Positions 41,801 to 54,233 of a DNA stretch of 62,780 nucleotides are shown piece after piece. Positions within the stretch are counted from its first letter, which is position 1; each line of letters begins with the position of its first letter. The translations under genes were made by a program, and so were the position numbers. Origin of the DNA: Trypethelium eluteriae (lineage: Eukaryota); NCBI GenBank assembly GCA_051942245.1, contig JAVECL010000071.1:1-62780 (forward strand). Reading direction: 5' to 3'. Under the pieces are notes generated by a model. It saw only the letters and a list, made by a program, of their open reading frames with translations. It made no database searches and was not told the DNA's origin.

Positions 41801-42041
41801 CCTCATGGTATCATTCCATCCCATGACGGAGAAATTCAACCTTGATCTGCCAGGATGTGTAACCACAATTGAAAGGCTGAAACCGAAAGGAGCGAAGTTC
41901 CCGCTGATGTTGGAGCTCTTCGAGGAACAGAATGGTTGGGTGTTGGAGGTTGAGTACAGTGATAAACATGTGGGAGAAAAGCATGCCGAAGAGCTTGCTA
42001 CGGTCTTCCAGGAGAAGCTGGCTTGGTTATGTGACTTGTGA
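35894..42041 (+). CDS. gliP: Dimodular diketopiperazine NRPS, A-T-C-A-T-C, GliP/SirP-like
   Basis: A1 (YIIFTSGTSSEPKGV, NAYGPTE, YRTGD, NGKVD), T1 LGGNS, C1 HHAQVDG, A2 (FTSGTSGLPK, AYGPAE, FRTGD), T2 LGGDS, C2 HHSVMDG; one intron ~39343-39404. Confidence 0.95.
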
Positions 42042-42362
42042 TTTGAGACGGATGCGGCATTTATATTCTATCGGTGAGAGATAGGGTTGACGAATGTGGC
42101 ATATCAGGGCAAATTTCTACTTCGTTATCTTGGTGGGAAATTTCAGATGGTGCTCTGATTGTACTCTTCTTCAGAATAGATCTGAACGAATTTGTGTACC
42201 AATCCAGCTTGCTTCTTTTGCAGATTCAAAATAGATGTATTGTTCTTCCTATCAAAAACAGAAAGTATTACAATAGTTTCATTCTATTACTGATTGCTTA
42301 CTACCACACACATACTCGGGTGTCAAAAACATGGCATCCGCGCCGATTATTATTGAATCATA

Positions 42363-42543
42363 CCTTACGGCGGCTGGGGGGTTCCTCAACAGGTAATCAA
42401 TACAATGTTATTTTGAAATTACTGTTAAGACCTTGTTGGTCCATGTTAACACCGCCTTAACATGGGCCAACATGATCATAACAGTTGAACTGAGGTAACA
42501 TTGTATTGATTACCTGTTGAGGAACCCCCCAGCCGCCGTAAGG
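42363..42543. mobile_element. Foldback MITE, copy 1 (181 bp, TA target-site duplication)
   Basis: Perfect 48-bp TIR CCTTACGGCGGCTGGGGGGTTCCTCAACAGGTAATCAATACAATGTTA; inner 28-bp inverted repeat (4 mismatches) around a CACCGCC loop; TA at 42361-62 and 42544-45; two more copies in the window. Confidence 0.93.
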
Positions 42544-42847
42544 TACTCACCCACTTCTAGTTTCAATTAGACAACATTGTGAAATGCCTTTCGTATGAAA
42601 AATCACGTACGCACAAAGAAAATTCAGTAGCTTTTAATTTAAGAAATGTGTATTGTACACTACTCTGTAGGATTCTTGTTAGACTACTGTGAATAATGAC
42701 AATTTTGGCAGGGGGCTGTCTGAGTCGCTGCCTTTTGGATAAGCAAGTCTCCCTGATAGGCTTACTCCGTTCCAGTAGTCTGCGAGAAAGTAATATCTCA
42801 AGGCTCGCATCACTTTACTCTCTGAGCAAAGCTTCGTTGCCTATCAT

Positions 42848-42912
42848 CATACTCGCCGAGCATACTCGCCGAGCATATGGGCCGAGCATATGGGCCGAGC
42901 ATACTCGCCGAG
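42848..42912. repeat. Five-copy 13-bp tandem repeat in the gliC-like promoter
   Basis: CATACTCGCCGAG x2, CATATGGGCCGAG x2, CATACTCGCCGAG. Confidence 0.95.
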
Positions 42913-43077
42913 TTACTCTCCGCAAGTCGCGTCGGGCCGACTCACGTCAATTAATGATCGGCAAAGTAGTCGGTTTCGGCAAATTGTGGCTGCATATTGG
43001 GTGTTGAAGCTGTTATTGACCTTGGAGTAGCCTACTTATTAACTAGTGAGTTTTGAAGAAGCCGCAAGGCTGCAGCC

Positions 43078-44883
43078 ATGACATCCCCGTCTCTACCGAC
43101 TAACGCTCTTGGGATCATGCTTTTGCTCGGGTCTGGGCTGGCTATTCTTTTCAAGAGATGGAAGAGTGAGATATTTGGGGTAATTGGCTATTTATCTATG
43201 ACCATCGCTACATTATGTGACGTCGTATAGGTCCTGCTGGAATGGCTACATCAAATACGTCGTGCAGACGGTTACACGATAGGAGGTCCCAAATGGCAGT
43301 GGAACAATGGCCAGATGACAGATAAATTCCTCTTCGGCCGCCAGAAAAGCTTTGAATGGGAGAAAGCCCATGGAAGTATTTACAGAATCTGGTCGGGTGT
43401 GAGGCCAGAGATGTATAGTCTTGTGACCCTACGAATCTCTATTGGTTGCTGATAAAGCAGTGTAATCACAAAGTCAGAGGATGTCCGTGAGTTCTACAGA
43501 AGCTCTCAGGCTCATTCCAAAGCGCGATCGAGCAATGGAGGCTGGTTCTTCCATCAACTGCTCGGAGACTGCCTTGGCCTGATCAACGGTCAACGCTGGG
43601 CGCATCTTCGAGAACTCTTGGGGCCCCACTTCAGTTTGACTTCGTCTCGAGTGCGGCTTCTAGCTACCATGACTTCAGCGGAAGAGTACGTTGAACAGCT
43701 GCAATCGATGAACGGGAATCCAGAAGCTGCTAGCACTTTCCAAGTACGCGTTGTAGATGCATTGCAAGCTTTTCCGTTTTACCACACGGCAGAAATCATA
43801 TACGGTGAGCTTGATCGAGGCCAGAAGGAAGAGCTTTGGAGCCTTGGGCAGCAGCGGGCTGCTCTGCTCAATTTTGTTCTTCAAGGTGGCATCTACAGAT
43901 CCAGCATCAGCAAGTGGTTAGACCCACAGATGTACAAGAAACTGCAGGCTTTTCGAGAAGCCTGGTTCAGTTTCAATGCAGAAGTATTTCGGGCTCGATC
44001 GCAACAGCCATGTAACGGGTTGTTGGAGCGGATCTGGCCGCTTGTCAGCCGAGGAGAACTTTCGACGGACCAGGTTGGTACTCAGCAGCGTATTCAAAGG
44101 TAACTTTCTAAGACGTGTAGACTCTTCAGACGTTCGATGAAATGCTTTTTGCGAATCTGGACGTGACAAACCACGTGCTTTCGTGGATTATTACCTTGCT
44201 AGCTGACAGTGAAAGCGTACAACAGAAACTGCGCGAAGAGATCCTCCACCAAGAAAGCAAACTTTCTTCTTATTTGCAGCGGAAAGACACCTACTTACAC
44301 ATGTGCTGGCTTGAGACGTTGCGGGTGCGACCAGTTGCGGGTACGCCCCTATTGACGAGCTTAGCGGCAAGACGCTAATGTTCTGTTAGCTTTCACTATA
44401 CCCGAGAGCTCCTCGGACGACATAGCTGTAGGTGGAGTCCGCGTCCCAGCAAACGTGAGCCATACTCCTAGGACCAGCATAGAGTTTCTTTTTAACATGC
44501 GACAGACAGACGTTATAGTAGATACGATTGCGCTTCATCTAAGAAACTCATTCTGGGGCTCTGATACATCCGCCTTCAGACCAGAGCGATTCAAAAACAT
44601 CAAGCAAACAGAGGTTCGATTGCATGGCTCTACAGCTGATTCTTCTCGTTAATATGTCTTTGGACAGCTTCGGTACAATCTATCGACCTTTGGCTTTGGT
44701 GCCCGGAAATGTCTTGGTCAGTATGAGGCAGATATTTCAATTAAAGCTTTGACCGTGCAGCTACTGTTGCAATACGAGATTAGTGTTGCCAGTGGAAAGG
44801 GATACCAAGAAGGTGCCTTTCAAGTGGTAAGAGATAATTGGGTACCTTTGGCAGATGTTGAACTAGTATTGGAACGAAGATGA
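43078..44883 (+). CDS. gliC: Cytochrome P450, GliC/SirC-like (diketopiperazine C-alpha hydroxylase)
   Basis: WQWNNGQMTDKFL, GSIYRIWSG.RPE, HSKARSSNGGWFFHQLLGDCLGLING, DEMLFANLDVT, LETLRVRP, FRPERF, FGFGARKCLG; about 6 introns. Confidence 0.93.
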
Positions 44884-45037
44884 GATGTGTGACGACGCAA
44901 TCGGTCTGATAGAGCAAAGATTTGTCGCCGCAAGAATCTAGTAGCTGTAAACAAAAATAATTGAATAGCTTGAAGCCCATAAGTCTTCCACCCACCCAAG
45001 ATACTGCAGCAGTTCTACCCAGGCGGCCGTGCAGCAA

Positions 45038-45048
45038 TCGGAGACCGA
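45038..45048. promoter_or_regulatory. TCGG-N3-CCGA GliZ/SirZ-type binding motif
   Basis: TCGGAGACCGA ~60 bp upstream of the gliM-like ATG. Confidence 0.6.
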
Positions 45049-45109
45049 TATCCGGCAAGAGCGGTCCATAAATTTTGCCAGAAGCTGTGACTTTGCCATC
45101 AACAGAGCA

Positions 45110-46419
45110 ATGGATGAAACTTTGCGAAAGCTCAATGCCACGCTTAGCGAGACGCTGCAGGCGCTACAGACGAAAAACCACGATGAACTTGCGGCTTCAC
45201 TTAAGATCAGCCAGGACACCGACGACTTACCTCCTCAACTTCCTGAGCTATCAGAGAGTGTAAAATTACTGAATGAACTTCAACTTACTTTGACGCCGCC
45301 GCTCTATACGCTTGTCGACGGGTTTTTTGGTCAGTATTGACTTTCATCCTTGAAGACATGGCTGACGACATCAAAGCTTTCGTCACAAGCAAAGCGCTCC
45401 TAGCAGCAGTTGTATACCGTATACCTGACATCCTGGCCGCGCATGGTCCTCTCACGGTATCTGATATCTGTTCGAAATCAGAGCCTCCGATCTCTCCCTC
45501 CCAGACCGAGCCGCTTCTCCAACTCCTGTGCTCGCTAGGTATTTTCACACTTGACATCACATCTTCGACTTTCGCCAACTCCCCTGCCTCCACCCTGCTG
45601 ACACGGTTCCACTGGACACAATGGTATCGTTGGGTGAGCGTCTATCCAGGACCGTTTTACGAGCTCTTCACCCATCTACCCTCCGCACTACCCGAGTCGG
45701 AGTCTCGCTCAGCGTTGCAAATCGCAAGAGGGGCCGTAGCCGACACACCTACATATGCGCTGCTGGGCAAAGAGCCATGGTATGCAGACTTGCAGGGTAT
45801 GATGGCAGCAGGCGCTACGGCACAAGCACCTGGTATGCTGAAGGATTATGACTGGGGCGATATGGCCAAAGGCGGAAGAGACAGCGCGGTGTGCGATCTA
45901 GGAGGCGGAGACGGAACCTTCATGGCGGCATTGCTGGGTGCGAATGAGGGCATGTATGGAGCAGTCATGGAGCTAGAGAGGATGGCGAATGTGGCCAAAG
46001 AAAAGATTTTCGGAGAGAATGGACGGCTTGCAGGCGTGAAGGAGCGAATGATAGATATCCATGCCGGCGATTTCTTTAATGAGGTGCCATCGTATTCGAA
46101 TTATGTGATTCGATGGACTCTGCACAACTGGGGTGATGTGGATGCAGAGAAGATCTTGAAGAAAATCAGGGGGGCACTGATCAACAGGGAAGGCAGTCGA
46201 CTGTGCATTGTCGAATCCGTATTAGCGGATGGAGGTGGCGGTAGATTGGGACGGCCAGCGTTGTATGGGAGTATTGTGATGGCAGTGGGAGGAAAAGGTG
46301 GGATGGAGCGAACCGAGAAGCAGTGGAAGGCGTTGGCGGAACACGCCGGGTGGATGGTTGCAGGGATTTACGGATTGAGAAATTGTATTCCGTCCATCAT
46401 CGATCTACGGCCAGCTTAA
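45110..46419 (+). CDS. gliM: O-methyltransferase family 2, GliM/SirM-like
   Basis: LVDGFF|AFVTSKAL, FANSPASTLLTRFHWTQWYRWV, AQAPGM..DYDW, CDLGGGDG, AGDFF, Y.IRWTLHNWGD, MERTEKQW. Confidence 0.9.
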
Positions 46420-46481
46420 ATATATTCTACACTGGATTCAGAGCAGTTGCAAAGAAACTCCTTTCACTGATGCAGCTTGTG

Positions 46482-47426
46482 TTAATGACTGTCCGACGGT
46501 GTCCCATTGACTTGATCCTCTTCAACACCAAACATTTGGACTCGTGCCATCGCGCGTTTCACTGCTGGCCGCGCCAACATCTTTTCGCTCCATGTACTCA
46601 AATTTGGCCAGTCCCTGAAGTCGAAGCCAGCAGTACTAGCGATCTGGGCGTTGGCAAATGGCAGATTGACAAAGTCGGCGATTGTAGCTCTGTCCAAAAG
46701 GGCGACGTATTCTTGGCTAGGCTCGCTGAGTCGACGCTCAAGGATATCGTATTGATCTCGGATTGCTTTGGCCAATCTTAATGACACATCAGAAGGACTA
46801 TGTGACCTGGAGCCGCTTTCACTGGGTTCTTACAAATCAAGTGTATTGCCAATCGTGTTGGGACTCTTCACCTTGAACCACAACCACCATTTGGCCGTTG
46901 GACTGGGATGCTTTCGGATCAGCGCGGTCTTGAGGTGTCGGAGACGACGTGAACTCACCCTAGCGAAGCTGTATGTAATGCCATCCAATTGCCTACTATC
47001 GTCCTTTCGTGCAGATCTCTGCCACAGAAGACGTTCTCAGTGTCATACTTATCTGCGAGAAATGTCATGCACGAGGAGCTCTCAAAGACGTTAACCCTCT
47101 GTGTAGATATGCCAGCAGCGGTTCGAACGTCGTCCTCAAGCGCAGGTATCAATCCCAGTGGGTTGATCTGCTTGAACCATCCTTCTATTCCCGGGTTGTT
47201 CAATACGACCACTTCATGGGGAACACCCAACTCCTCGAGCAGCATCACAAGCTTCACGCTGTTTACTGCAGAAGTCGGAGAAGCTTGGAAAGAATCTCAG
47301 AGTTTTAGAACTTCCATTCTGGACGCTGTACGGACCTTTGACAACAAACAAGACCAAGCCTTTGTTCGGAACGTTAGCCGGCCGCCCGCCATGTGTGTCT
47401 ACATGCTCTTCGACAGCGGTTGCCAT
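46482..47426 (-). CDS. gliG: Glutathione S-transferase, GliG/SirG-like
   Basis: LVLFVVK|ASPTSAVNSVKLVMLLEELGVPH, WFKQINP, FESSSCM, NWMALHTASLG|PTAKWW, QYDILERRLSEPSQEYVALLDRATIAD; three introns. Confidence 0.93.
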
Positions 47427-47732
47427 GTCGGTCTGATCTGAGATGTTTCTTACGTGACGTGCTCTTCCAAAGTTGTGGCGTCAGAGTTGTTTGCATCCTT
47501 TACATGAGCTCTACGATAAGCGCGTAGGTGAACCGGGCGGCTTGACCTCCTAGCTACTCTTGAAGCTTTTTATTCGCCGAAACCCTCCTTAATGAGCAAC
47601 AACCTGCGGCCCTTTTGACAGCACACGGGATTGGGACTGCAAAGCCATAACTCTTGTAACCTTCAATCCACAATTGTCAGAATTGACAATACTTGCACGC
47701 AGCTTGCTTGTGGTCATGATTGATCGGACTCG

Positions 47733-49202
47733 TTACTTGATCCCCTCTCGGTCCTTCCGGGCTGCGAGGCGCCTCAACAACATCTTTGAAGTTTGACACA
47801 ATGAGCGATTGAGTTGTTGAAGATTTTGAAGCTCTGAAAGCTCAGAGCTCCAAGTCTGTCTTCCCTGTCTGCTGGCCACCAGTCTGTCAATCCTTACGGT
47901 GATCATGCGCACGGCGTTTACACTTCTCTCCAGTGCTCTGGTCACAAGCGCAAATCGCACAAAGGCTGCTTCGTCTTTCGACATTTCATGCCTCCCAAGT
48001 GTCACGCTTAAATCGGGACAGGGACCGTCTCCATGAACATGCATCTGTGCCCAACTAAAGATCGTCTGGAAGATCATTATCACCTGCATTTGAGTCCGCG
48101 TATCATCTCGACATTGCAAACACATTAGGTGATTCTCAGCCGTCTTCAACACGAACGTGGCGCAAGTCAGTAAAGTATCAACCTGGACCGGGTTTTGACG
48201 CTTTTCAATGGAGTGAAGCTGACAAAGCGTATCTGTTAGCTCACGCATGCATCGGCACGAAGGTTGTTGCTGGCTGGACACCGACGCAATCGCATCAGTG
48301 CTGTCGGAGGACTCGTCCAGAATAGCGGCAACTGCGCTCAAAGAGACCGGCCTGTTGGACTGAAATGGAGCACCGCGCAAAGGGGCCGAAGAAGATGACA
48401 CTGCATATCTCAGCCAAAGACGATGGAAGGATAAGGAAGCAAGAGCAGCCTACAAGTATCATTCGAGCTCGACAATACTGGCGTTTCCGAGAGCAAGGAC
48501 TACATCCGAGTTAGTACGGAATACGACAGTACATAGTTGAGCCTTTCGCCTACCTCCCAATTGCTGTCCTCTAACCAAGTTGAATCAAAATGGGACGCAT
48601 CGTCTCCGGCCAGCGCACGGTCAGGTAGGGAAAAATCTATCGAAGGCAGCAAGCTGGGGTTCTCGAGTTGCATTGAGTTCTCATTACTGGCAGCGGATGA
48701 GAAGACCGGCGCAGCATTCAGTGGAGACCCAGATTCATCTGCAAATGCTGTCCCTGAGGCTTTCGGCGATGACTGAAGCAGCGATGCTAGTGCTGCGAAC
48801 TCCTCCTGAGAACGGCTTTCCTCTTCCGGACCTTGAAGCGATCGCTCTGGAGGCCAATCCGGCTCGGCTCCTCCCATAGTGGTATCTCGAACGCTGCTCT
48901 GTACGGCGTTACTAGCCGGAGAATGCCTTGAATATCTTCGAGATCTCTCCAATGATTTCTTGTTCTTACTTCCTGGAGGCTTTCCTACCCGTGCCGCAAG
49001 GCTGTAATGGCAAGTCTGCGAGCTGTCTTCGCATCGCTTGCATGGAGGTCCTCCGCCTGGGCATTTGACCTAAGCAACGAACATCAACGTCTTTCTACAC
49101 CTGCTTCACTAAAATCCGTACCTTGCTAGCGTGACATTGGTCGCAGGCAGCTTTAAGTTTTCTCCGAGGGTTCGCTCCAGTAGCTCGCCCTATAGCGTCC
49201 AT
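47733..49202 (-). CDS. gliZ: Zn(II)2Cys6 pathway regulator, GliZ/SirZ/AflR-like
   Basis: RRKLKAACDQCHASK|VKCPGGGPPCKRCEDSSQTCHYSLAARVGKPPGS; C-terminal CRCM...HLMCLQC segment; located mid-cluster. Confidence 0.88.
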
Positions 49203-49980
49203 ACTACTAACAATGATACGAAGTGAATTCACAAATGTGATTGTCTCGCAGCCTGTAGATTTACGTAAGGAGCTTCTGAATGCGCATTGTAAATACCGGA
49301 GACTCTGTGCCAAAGGTGGAAGAAGCATTTAGAATGAGAGTTGAGTGAGTATGGAAGGCACAAGATCTCTAGATCCCTGCACAGAGCTCCGCTCTGGCGG
49401 CACGGTTGCTGAGGCTCTGACCTCCCTGTACTACAGCCAAAGCAATTCATCCAAGCCAGTCGTGGGCGGTACTGTTAAATCAGCGGTGGGTCAGTAAGCA
49501 AGGGTGGAGCTCGCAGCTCACAAAGCCAACCAGATCAAAAGTCAAAGCGCTCCAGGCAACATTTTTTCCAAATTCCGCGCCTCGCATTCGCATCAAAAGT
49601 ATTTTCTAGGTACAGGAGCGGCTGATAGTACAGTAGCTCAGAATCATCCCACGCCTAATCTGTGGATACCGCCCGTTTCAACGGCAGGTTGCGTGTCGAC
49701 CCGTAGGGTTCACGGCTCTGGGCTGAAAAGCTGTCCAATTGATTGGGCCGGGGAGTGAGATGTCCCAGCCGATCAGGTGCATTTACAGTAGTCGCGCATC
49801 ATCATGCTTGAAATATTGCTTTGCCCCAAGTCTCTCGCAACCGCGCTTGCCTTGGTTTGCTTTTCCACGCAAATGTCGAGAGTATGGACATCACGAGGCT
49901 TCCACGGCTGGGACTCACCAGAGGTGCGCTCGGAGCTCGAACTTATTGAAAGAATGAGAGCGCAAGCATTTTCCATCGCA

Positions 49981-50729
49981 ATGGATGGCAATTCTTCTGC
50001 GATTTGGTACTTTGCCTATGGGGCTAACATGGCTTCGTCGGTTCTCGCAAGACGGTCGCTAGCGCCGCTGGAAGTCTGTTCAAACGTCACGGTGCCTGAC
50101 TGTAAACTATCATTCGACCTTCTCGGAGTTCCTTACAATGAGCCTGCACTGGCCAGCTTGACTGCAAAGACTTCAACACGCGAATTCGCAGTGTGTGGAG
50201 TCGCCTACTTACTTTCTACAGCGGATCTTTCTCGTCTTGTCACGAGTGAAGGCGGCGCTGTCGCTTACATGGTGACCAAGGTAGTTGGCGTTTTACCGAA
50301 TCGAGGTCCCCTGAATATGATCACTTTGGTAGCGAAGAAGCCAGCTGCAAGATCTCGCGTTCCCTCAAAGCGTTATCTGGTAAGCTTTTTCCAACCGAGT
50401 GATAGCATTGAACATGACACTGGGATCAGGGACTGCTTGTCGCCGGCGCAAGAGAACGAGATCTTCCAAGTACATATCAGAAGTACCTTGCAAGACATCC
50501 TGTGTTTGATCCATTCCCAACAACAAGATACCGAGTCGGAAAGAAACTATTTGACATTGTATGGCTACGGGTGCAGTATGCCATCCAGAAAGGCATTCAT
50601 CGATATAGAGATCATGAGGGTAATGCTCCCTCGTGGTTTCTAATGCTTTTCAACGCGCTCCTATGGATAATGTGGACATATCATGATCTTGTTCACTGTC
50701 ATTTGTTTGGTCGAGGTGATGGTCTTTGA
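49981..50729 (+). CDS. gliK: Gamma-glutamyl cyclotransferase, GliK-like
   Basis: WYFAYGANM, LSFDLLGVPYNEPALAS, VCGVAYLL, SEGGAVAY, PSKRYL|GLL; intron ~50380-50429; ends HCHLFGRGDGL*. Confidence 0.9.
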
Positions 50730-50752
50730 GCACCAAGCATATCCAATACCGA

Positions 50753-52114
50753 TCAGGTCGCATCGGGATATAGCATTTTGACCTGATTGCGAACCTTATT
50801 GTTCCAGAGTTGCTTCACCTCGTCTTCTAAGGCCGGAAAGTTCCCACCTTTTGCACGAGCAACATTGTGCACCTCGCGCAGAACGCGAAGAATATTACGT
50901 CCCAGCACCTTCTCGACCCTTTGTTTATCAATGCCTCTTTGGATCATGGCAGTGACAAGATTGGGGAATTTAGAAACATCCTCAAGACCGCATGGCGAGG
51001 ATTCCATCCCGTCAAAATCAGAACCAACACCGACGTGCTCAAACCCGATTCTTGAGCCAATATAAGCAATGTGATCGACAACCTTCTCCACAGTAGCTCT
51101 AGCAGGGTCATCGCTCGTCATAGCCGGTACGAAACTAACCATCACAATACCATTGTTCTGCTTTACCATATCCAGAGTTTCGTCAGGCACGTTTCTTGCA
51201 TTGGCGCAAATCATAAAGCTTAGTTTGTCAGCCGTCGGTCCAACAGTAATAGCAAAATCGACCTACGCGGAAGAGTGGCTAAACGTAACAGGTGCAGCGG
51301 ATTCCGCAAGGACGTCTCGTGCGGCTTGATCGCTAGCGTGGGAGAGGTCAATCAACCTGTAAGTCATCAGCAGCTACTCACGGATCACACTTACGGGGTC
51401 GACGCTTACATGCCAATGCGATTCATTTCCTGCACAACGAGGCGCCCCTCTTCAGAAAGGCCCCCATGTACAGCTCGGCTAGAAGTCTGATAGGAATGTC
51501 ACTCCAGAAACTTAGGTCTAAATCTCTTGGCCAACTCACGGAGCTGTCTGCGTACAGATTGTTGCGATTGTGTGTCAAAGTCGCATACCGAACACCCAGC
51601 CGATGATACATCCTCAGGATACTTGCACTGTTTCCAATCTGATGTAGACCTTCGATACCTATTAGACATGCAATCTTGCCTTTTCCGAAGACTTCTAGGA
51701 TGTCGTCCGATGATAAAGCGAGCGCCAAAACGTCGCTATATTTGTCGATAAGTCGGTGAATCAAATCGATCTGTTGGAGTGTGTCTCGCACTGTCTCAAG
51801 ATGCGTCTCGTCGCGAAAGTCATCTTCAGGTGACGGGCTGTGAAGGCAAGAAATAAGCCATATGGAGCTGAAGAAAAAACCAAAACAACTTGCCAATCCA
51901 CATATGCACTGATAAAGACTCCTCCTGATCGACCTTCGCGAAGGCGTGCAAGGTCTACGTGCCCTACCAAGCTAGAGTCCGCAGAAAAGCGCCTATGCGC
52001 AATAGAGTTGTCGTAGAAGCCTCGTATGAGGTGCGGCCAGTCGTTGTGTCCATCTATTAGAGGAGTGCTCGCCAAAATGTTCGAGACTTGACTTGTGATT
52101 TCTGAATCATCCAT
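50753..52114 (-). CDS. gliJ: Membrane dipeptidase family M19, GliJ/SirJ-like
   Basis: [78 protein letters not shown]; about 4 introns. Confidence 0.93.
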
Positions 52115-52402
52115 TTTGGATTTTGAATATGAGAAAGATATCAGAAAGTGTTCAAAAGGATGACTAGTAAGACAAATTAAATGAAGATATTATCATGGGC
52201 CCGGTACAGAGTGTTCTGCGCCGGGATACACTCCGAAAATGAATGCCATATCAACTTTGTAGCGCTTAATATCTGCATGCCTAGAGTTATGACTGATTTC
52301 TGCCCAATTCGCAACAAGCACAAGACATCGTTCTGGTGGCAGCAAGCAAGCCTATGTAAATACGAGGTTTGTGCAGATCAAAGGCGACTAGCTATGTAAC
52401 AA

Positions 52403-54073
52403 TCAATCGATTCGCTGTTCTTCCCGCGCTAGATATTCTTTGCTGCGCTTTCTCTTCAACGCCAAAGAAGGCGCACCCAATCTCGATGCCCCTAACTCGT
52501 ACTCAAGCTTCGTATTGCATACGCCGTCATTCGACGAAAAGATGTCGATCTTATTGTCTTTACCATCTCTCTCCCCTAAGGCAATCTCACCTGCTGCTTC
52601 ACCAGCATCACGCATGGCATCCAATATCCTTTGCAACCCATCATCCACAATTTGCTTGGGAAAGGAGAATACAATACGAAACCAGCCCGGTTCTGTGAAA
52701 TGGTATGCTTTTCCTGGCACAACACACACATTCTTGTCCTTCATTTTCAACAATAGCTCTCGTTCGCGAGCCTCAGTACAATCCCGCCTCCGGCACAGTT
52801 TGGCCGAAATATATATGCCGGCTTCAGGGGGGGTGTAAGGAATGGCATGCTTTCGCAGGAAGAGTTCTACAATTGCGCAGGTGGCTCTCAGGCGCAAGGT
52901 GTTTGTCGCCAAGAAAGGAGCTAGGGTGACACTCGGTAAGAGGGCTGTAGTGGCGAGATGGGAAGTAAAGACCGACACTTGGTTTGTCAAGGCAAGAGCG
53001 CAGGCAAGGTAGACTTGGGGAGCTGATTGGGTGATTAACGCACCCTTCATTTTGTTAGAAACAGTCTGCAAGAATCTGGATTAAGCGGATATTTACTTAC
53101 TAGTCGAATACCACTACAACCGAAATCTTTGCTTAAACTGTAAATAACGTGTATGCGTCCTTCGAACTTTGACCTATTCTCTAAGCTATCTTCTCCGCTG
53201 ATAGAGAGAGCAGAGACAAATCTTGAACCAGGCCGATAGACTGACAACGCGTATACCTCATCGGAGATGAAATGCAAATTTTCCCTTGCGCAGAATGCAA
53301 CCAAGGCTTGCAGACCAGCTTTTGTGTAACATTGTCCGATGGGATTCGTCGGGTTGCAACATAATAATGCTCTGATCTTCATGCCAGCTTCTCGAGATAA
53401 TCGCAAGGCCGTCTCATATGCTATCATCAATGATTTGGTCTGCTCTTGCTCGATGTTGCATCTGTTGTACGGATCGAGGGTTTTTTCTCTTTCAAGCTTT
53501 GCGTCTCCATCTGTCCGAACCTTCACTACCTTCACCTCATTCTTGGATAAGCAGATGTCCAAGCCTGACCAGTATGGCGTCTCGAGCAGTATCGCATCGC
53601 CAGGATCACAGATTTGCTCAATGAGAGCATCTAGAGCGGCGCTTCCGCCGGCGGAAAGTACGACATGCTCAGGCGCGACAGGATATGCTGGATCGAAGTA
53701 GGAATTCAATAGTTGGGCGAGAGCGGTACGAGTCGATAGAGGACCTCCGATGCTGGATGAGTAAGATAGATCCTAGATATAGGAATAGTCAACGTGAGTA
53801 AACCGCGTGATAGACGTCGTGAGAGCGGAAAAGGGTGCGCAGTTGGGGCAGAAGTGGAAAAAGGTGTTCTAAGCGGGAGGAGCTTCTAACTTTTTCAGCT
53901 AACGTCAACAGCGCATCTGGCTTAGAGAGTCGAACAAGAATTTCTCGACGCATTAACCAATTCTCTGCTGTGCTCAAATCTATTGTATCATTGCCGGACG
54001 ACATGACCGTCCGGTCGCTCAATATGCGCGGAATCGTGGTATCGTTCGCATGGCGGCATCGGCGAGATAGCAT
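52403..54073 (-). CDS. gliI: PLP-dependent C-S lyase (ACC-synthase-like), GliI/SirI-like
   Basis: MLSRR..IDLSTAENWL, LCCNPTNPIG, HFISDEVYALS, YSLSKDFGCSGIRL (PLP Lys), EPGWFRIVF; two introns. Confidence 0.9.
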
Positions 54074-54233
54074 ACTGTATGGCGTTAAGATCTTGTCCCT
54101 GCGACTCCATAAGCGAGAAAGGTCTGTCAGTGGCCATTGGAGATGCAAGTAACCTCGAAAATGGCTCTATGAGGTTTCTCAAGGCCTTCCAATCCTGCGG
54201 TTATGCTGCCTCTTCGGTATCCATAAGCTTCGT

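Noticed and set aside
42848..42912. Short repeat array as CRISPR-like
   Set aside because: Contiguous 13-bp units with no spacers, eukaryotic context, no cas genes
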